Assembly (NCBI GenBank): GCA_964589775.1 | Contig: CAZPUN010000013.1 | Location: 1-32,000 of the forward strand | Reading direction: 5' to 3' | DNA: 32,000 nt | From: an uncultured archaeon | GTDB lineage: Archaea; Asgardarchaeota; Thorarchaeia; Thorarchaeales; CAZPUN01 | Shown: positions 27,860 to 32,000 of the stretch, one piece after another | How positions within the stretch are numbered: the stretch's first letter is position 1 | Layout of the letters: the number at the start of each line of letters is the position of its first letter | Position numbers and translations under genes: made by a program | Notes under the pieces: model-generated | What the model was told of the DNA's origin: nothing | The model's input: the letters and a program-made list of their open reading frames with translations, nothing else | Databases searched by the model: none

Positions 27860-29356
27860 TTGACAAAATCACAAATACTAAGAATTGTATTATCAGCGGG
27901 TTTTAATATAACACCTGAGGCCATTTCGATCGCTGAGAAACTACCGAATTCAGATAAGATAATAGCAAAAATAATCGAGCAAGAGATGTTACAACGTGAT
28001 GATTACGTCATTACAGCAAAAGATCTTAGAAAATACATCATAGATCAAGATGAAAAAGATTCAAAAAGCGACTCAAATTTAGCAGGACCTAGAACGTATA
28101 AATCAATTGCGCAAGAATATAATGCAGATATAAAAATCATAAAGGATCCAACAGATAAGCTTGAATCAACTGGCACTTATGAAGATTTTAGAAGATATTT
28201 CATTGATAGATATGAAAAATTATCTAAAATATATAAAGAAAGACCAGATACGCGGAATACAAGAACAATTGAAGAAATAAAATCTGAAAAGATAAGTACA
28301 GACTCAAAAATCATAGCTATGGTTTATGAAAAAAGAGAAACAAAATCAAAAAATATTTTTTTGACATTAGATGACCCTACGGGGAGTATTGTAGCAATAA
28401 TCCCAAAAAATGATAAAGAAATGGAGAACAAGATAGACAATATAGTTGAAGATTCAGTATTATGTTTTGAAGGACGAATTACCCGAGATGGAATTTTTAT
28501 AATAAAGGATATAATTTTTCCAGACATACCTGTTGTTCGTGAAATAAGAAGGTCGCCTGTGGATATATCTGCGGTGTTCATATCGGATACGCATATAGGA
28601 AGTAAGGAATTTTTGGCAAAAGTCTTTGAACAATTCATAAAATGGTTAAATGGAAAAACAGGAAAACCGAGGGAACAGGAAATTGCACAATCTGTAAAAT
28701 ATGTTATATTCGGTGGCGATAATGTTGATGGAATAGGTGTATATCCAAATCAAGAAAAAGACTTACAAATAACAGATATATATGAACAATTTAGAATTTT
28801 TTCCCAATATATAGAACAAATACCGGATCATATTTCAATTATAGTAATTCCGGGAAATCATGATGGAATCAGAAGAGCTCTACCACAACCGGCAATACCT
28901 AAAGATTTTGCAGAACCACTCTATGAATCTAGTAAAGATATTCATATGTTAGGAAATCCAACTCAATATAGACTACATGGAGTTGAAGTTTTAACATATC
29001 ATGGAGATAGTTTTGATGATTTTACAAAGAAAATTTTAGGGGCTTCTTATGAGGAACCAGCTTCAATGATGATTGAAATGTTAAAAATAAGACATATGGC
29101 ACCAATTTACGGAGAGCGAACTGGAATTGCACCTGAGGCTAGAGATTGGTTAGCTATAGAATCGATCCCAGAAATATTTCACACAGGACATGCGCATCAT
29201 AATGACCTAAAAAGATACAGAAATGTATTATGTATAAATTCAGGAACATTCCAATCACAAACAGAATATATGAAAAGTCAGGGAGTTATACCGACACCGG
29301 GAATAGTTACAGTCGTGAATCTAAAAACACTTAAGCCAACAATTATAAAATTCTAA
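27860..29356 (+). CDS. polB: DNA polymerase D small (proofreading) subunit DP1
   Basis: OB fold; phosphoesterase motifs SDTHIGS, GDNVDGIGVYP.Q, PGNHD, YHG, RHMAP.YG, HTGH.H, NSGTFQ.QT. TTG start with AGGTGA upstream. Confidence 0.97.
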   Translation: MTKSQILRIVLSAGFNITPEAISIAEKLPNSDKIIAKIIEQEMLQRDDYVITAKDLRKYIIDQDEKDSKSDSNLAGPRTYKSIAQEYNADIKIIKDPTDKLESTGTYEDFRRYFIDRYEKLSKIYKERPDTRNTRTIEEIKSEKISTDSKIIAMVYEKRETKSKNIFLTLDDPTGSIVAIIPKNDKEMENKIDNIVEDSVLCFEGRITRDGIFIIKDIIFPDIPVVREIRRSPVDISAVFISDTHIGSKEFLAKVFEQFIKWLNGKTGKPREQEIAQSVKYVIFGGDNVDGIGVYPNQEKDLQITDIYEQFRIFSQYIEQIPDHISIIVIPGNHDGIRRALPQPAIPKDFAEPLYESSKDIHMLGNPTQYRLHGVEVLTYHGDSFDDFTKKILGASYEEPASMMIEMLKIRHMAPIYGERTGIAPEARDWLAIESIPEIFHTGHAHHNDLKRYRNVLCINSGTFQSQTEYMKSQGVIPTPGIVTVVNLKTLKPTIIKF

Positions 29357-29369
29357 AAAAGAAAAAAAG

Positions 29370-30629
29370 TTATTTTATGGATTTCGGTGTAAAATTGAAC
29401 AAACGAGAAATACGACTATCATTACTAAGAATATTAATTAATTGTGTTTTTGGAATTGCTAATCGAATTATTTTTGTTCTACCATATCGACCTTTACTGA
29501 CAACCTTGGAATTTATTAGGCCTAACATATCAAGCTCGTTTAGAAGATCTCCTATACGTCTTTGCGTAAGGGGTTCCATGCCTAAAGCTTCCGATAGTTC
29601 AGTATATACATTAAAAACAGATCCAGTAATAATTTCGGAAACATTCATTTTCATGAGTAAATAAACAGAGAAAAGAACCAATTTACTTTGCATAGGTAAG
29701 GTTCTAATTGCTTCAGAAACAGTATCACGTTCAATAACTTTTTGTGCTTCCCGTACATCAGATTCTGTAACTTTATCAGAACCACGGCGTTCAGCTAATT
29801 CACCAGCAACGCGTAAAAGATCTAAAGCACGACGTGCATCACCGTGTTCTCTTGCAGCAAGAGCTGCACAGAGGTTTATTACGCCAGGTTCAATAACGCC
29901 ATCATTAAAGCCCATACTAACTCGTTTTTCTAAGATACCCTGTAATTCATAGGCAGAATAGGGATGGAACAAAACTTCTTCATCACCTAGACTGCTAAGA
30001 ACACGAGGATCTAAAAGTTCCTTGAATTTAAGGTCATTGGAAATTCCAATTATAGATACACGAGCCTTATTTAGCGTTGTATTTAATCGCGTAAGATTAT
30101 AAAGTACATCATTACCAGTGGTATTATTCTTTTTAACAATCTGATCAACTTCATCTAAAACCACAATAAGTAATTGCTCCTTCTCATCAAGCTTTGAAGT
30201 GAAAATATTATAAACTTCATCAGTGGGAAGGCCAGTAAACGGAACTTCGGTACCTACGGCTTCACAAAGACGAGCAAGAACTCTATAACTTGTACCAACT
30301 AATCGACAATTAATATATGCAACAAGAGGAGTCTCAAGATCAGGGATTTCTTTAGCTTTATTCACTAAATGATTGAGAACATACTTAGATACAGCAGTTT
30401 TTCCAGTACCGGTTTTGCCATACAGAAGAATATTACTGGGAGTAGCGCCTTGTAATGCAGGGCCTAAGATCATAGCTAGTTTTTCCATTTGCTCTTCACG
30501 ATAGGGCAATTCATCAGGAATATATGATGGCCTTAATACATTACGATCCTTAAATATGCCACTACCTTTTACAAAGCGGTCAAACAGTTTGTCCAATGGT
30601 TTATCTTGAATCATATCGAAATGCCTCAT
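29370..30629 (-). CDS. cdc6: Orc1/Cdc6 replication initiator
   Basis: Y.PDELPYRE, GKTGTGKT, VLDEVD, IGISN, GDARRALDLLR and a C-terminal wHTH ending GRYGRTK. Confidence 0.98.
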   Translation of the reverse strand: MRHFDMIQDKPLDKLFDRFVKGSGIFKDRNVLRPSYIPDELPYREEQMEKLAMILGPALQGATPSNILLYGKTGTGKTAVSKYVLNHLVNKAKEIPDLETPLVAYINCRLVGTSYRVLARLCEAVGTEVPFTGLPTDEVYNIFTSKLDEKEQLLIVVLDEVDQIVKKNNTTGNDVLYNLTRLNTTLNKARVSIIGISNDLKFKELLDPRVLSSLGDEEVLFHPYSAYELQGILEKRVSMGFNDGVIEPGVINLCAALAAREHGDARRALDLLRVAGELAERRGSDKVTESDVREAQKVIERDTVSEAIRTLPMQSKLVLFSVYLLMKMNVSEIITGSVFNVYTELSEALGMEPLTQRRIGDLLNELDMLGLINSKVVSKGRYGRTKIIRLAIPKTQLINILSNDSRISRLFNFTPKSIK

Positions 30630-30715
30630 TCAATTTAAGATTATTAAGCATCTTAATTATTTGAAAAATAATTACTAAGCCTTAGTATTACGCGTGTTGC
30701 ACACTTATTTACAAT

Positions 30716-31125
30716 TTGTGAATACTTGTGAATAAAAAATATAAAAAAAGGATTATGAATGCTTTATTTTGAATACAAAGGATTAATAATTAAATTCACA
30801 TATGTGAAACATCAAACCCCTTGATTTCCACTGGAAAATAAAAATAAGAATGCATAACGGATAATTTCTAAGAGATAAGAATTGTGAATAGATAAAATGT
30901 TGTGAATTTTGTATAAAACTAAATATTTCTAAGAAAGAACTTAATAAAATATATTTTTAAAAAATAAAGTGTTATAAATGGATATTTATAAAAAATAGGA
31001 GTAATATTCCATTAGACAATATTACAAAAATATTTATCAAATATCACAATATATATAATTCACAGATAATCATTTAAATATGTGAATAACAAGATTAACA
31101 TGGTATTTTGTGAATTGGTGAATAA
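30716..31125. repeat. Dispersed TGTGAA(TA) motif cluster
   Basis: TGTGAA at 30717, 30727, 30803, 30883, 30901, 31081 and 31109; TTCACA at 30795 and 31059; variant GGTGAATAA at 31117. Confidence 0.75.
30816..30837 (-). promoter_or_regulatory. Origin recognition box (ORB1)
   Basis: Minus strand TTTCCAGTGGAAATCAAGGGGT: dyad TTTCCA-N-TGGAAA plus G-string, matching the archaeal ORB consensus. Confidence 0.9.
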
Positions 31126-31126
31126 G

Positions 31127-31582
31127 ATGCCGGGCAAAAAATTAAAGATAGAATATGAGGATCCTGAAACAGATGACAAAGTCGTTATTGTAATAGAGGG
31201 ATCCTTAAAAAGTGCCCGGAAAATCTTAGATTCAATTATCTCACAACAAAATGAAGCTGAAGAAAGGCCTGAATCAGTAAATGATGTAGATATTGAATCA
31301 ATGACAACAAAAGATAAACTAACATACATTATTGTATCAACTTTGAAAAATGGTTGGTTCACATCACAAGATGTAAGTGATTTCTATAAAGATACGTTTA
31401 AAACAGAAATTTCAATGAGCACAATTTCGACCTATTTAAATAGGTTATGGCAAAAAGGTAGCGGAATTTTAGATAGATCCGGAAATAGAACAGGATATAA
31501 ATATAGATTACGTACAGAATTAAAAAAGGTGCAAAAATTAATCAAGAAATATGAATCAATAGAGATCCAAGTAGAACATTAA
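31127..31582 (+). CDS. Origin-adjacent protein with C-terminal winged helix
   Basis: GGTGA precedes ATG 31127. N-terminal beta-beta-alpha module, acidic linker, then WFTSQDV...ISMSTISTYLNRL...YKYRL. Confidence 0.8.
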   Translation: MPGKKLKIEYEDPETDDKVVIVIEGSLKSARKILDSIISQQNEAEERPESVNDVDIESMTTKDKLTYIIVSTLKNGWFTSQDVSDFYKDTFKTEISMSTISTYLNRLWQKGSGILDRSGNRTGYKYRLRTELKKVQKLIKKYESIEIQVEH

Positions 31583-31624
31583 GTAATACAAACAATTTTC
31601 AAATTAAATTCCAATACAAAATAC

Positions 31625-31918
31625 ATGTTACTTTATGTATACGATGTTGACCAAAAAAGCCCAACATATACTAATGCAAGACGAATTTCCTTTTTCAAAA
31701 AGATATATGGATATAAGTACAAATGGAAAGGGAAATATGGAAATAAAGTGAGATTAAAAGAAGGCCTCATACATCTATCTGAAGATATAGAACGTGTTGC
31801 AGATAGCGTCTTAATGGTTCCAGATCATTTGAAGGAAGTATTCGATAATGTTTTTTTGGAATATCAGGACATGATTAAATTCAGGGTATTTAGAATTATC
31901 GATGAAAGAAATTATTAA
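31625..31918 (+). CDS. Orphan Cas2/VapD-like ferredoxin-fold protein
   Basis: 97 aa. Hydrophobic strand ending in YD (MLLYVYDV), helix RRISFFKKIYGY, RVADSVLMV (Cas2 R.Q.SVF-like), terminal strand FRVFRI. Confidence 0.6.
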   Translation: MLLYVYDVDQKSPTYTNARRISFFKKIYGYKYKWKGKYGNKVRLKEGLIHLSEDIERVADSVLMVPDHLKEVFDNVFLEYQDMIKFRVFRIIDERNY

Positions 31919-31946
31919 AAATAATAATTTAAATAAAATTAATAAG

Positions 31947-31964
31947 TTAGAACATATGTTCTAA
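31947..31964. repeat. Perfect 18-bp palindrome
   Basis: TTAGAACATATGTTCTAA. Confidence 0.7.
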
Positions 31965-31981
31965 AATAAATTGACCTTCAC

Positions 31982-32000
31982 ACCCCATGATTTCGTATGG
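31982..32000 (-). promoter_or_regulatory. Second ORB-like element (ORB2), cut by the window edge
   Basis: ACCCCATGATTTCGTATGG is 15/19 identical to ORB1 (ACCCCTTGATTTCCACTGG) and in the same orientation. Confidence 0.7.

Larger units (their letters stand above)
30630..31126. other. Probable replication origin (oriC) region
   Basis: About 500 nt of very AT-rich non-coding DNA directly upstream of cdc6, with a canonical ORB and a DUE-like stretch at roughly 30900-31060. Confidence 0.8.

Noticed and set aside
30795-30808. CRP/FNR binding site (TGTGA half-sites)
   Set aside because: The arrangement is TCACA-N2-TGTGA, the reverse of TGTGA-N6-TCACA.
30716-31125. TGTGAA repeats near a Cas2-like gene as a CRISPR array
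   Set aside because: Repeats are only 6-9 nt, irregularly spaced and on both strands. There is no 25-40 nt repeat-spacer period and no cas1.
2152-31362. Antisense and alternate-frame ORFs in the track (e.g. 2152-2451, 4887-5180, 13798-14259, 19913-20323, 28324-28638, 31060-31362)
   Set aside because: They overlap well-supported genes and show no motifs of their own, consistent with shadow ORFs.

Overview
AT-rich archaeal chromosomal window, most likely Asgard or a related TACK-type lineage: it carries PolD, Elf1, a eukaryote-like STT3/AglB, an OSTC/DC2-like and a PAC4-like protein. It is mostly housekeeping DNA ending in a probable replication origin. Left to right: aIF2-alpha (5' truncated), an unannotated convergent nop10, aglB, an NAD-kinase-like gene, gcvH/gcvT, folP with an extra C-terminal domain, mptE, an OSTC-like gene, topA, XPD helicase, an RNase H-fold protein, a RadB-like ATPase, a small wHTH plus sufS, RPA, PolD DP2, a CBS protein, carS, elf1, a GIFT-domain membrane glycoprotein, engB, an unannotated 33-aa Ost4-like ORF, a SWIM protein, a phosphohexomutase, PolD DP1 and cdc6/orc1. 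The region after cdc6 holds two same-orientation ORB elements about 1.17 kb apart, each preceded by an ACATATGT-core palindrome, plus nine TGTGAA repeats, several resembling DnaA boxes. A wHTH gene and an orphan Cas2-like gene lie between the two ORBs. The most notable signals are this origin cassette, a possible dispersed multi-subunit oligosaccharyltransferase set, a FolP with a permuted Prd-like domain, and strong strand-specific codon bias. No tRNA, rRNA, CRISPR array, intein or transposase was seen. All homology calls are by motif recognition and recalled sequences, not database searches.
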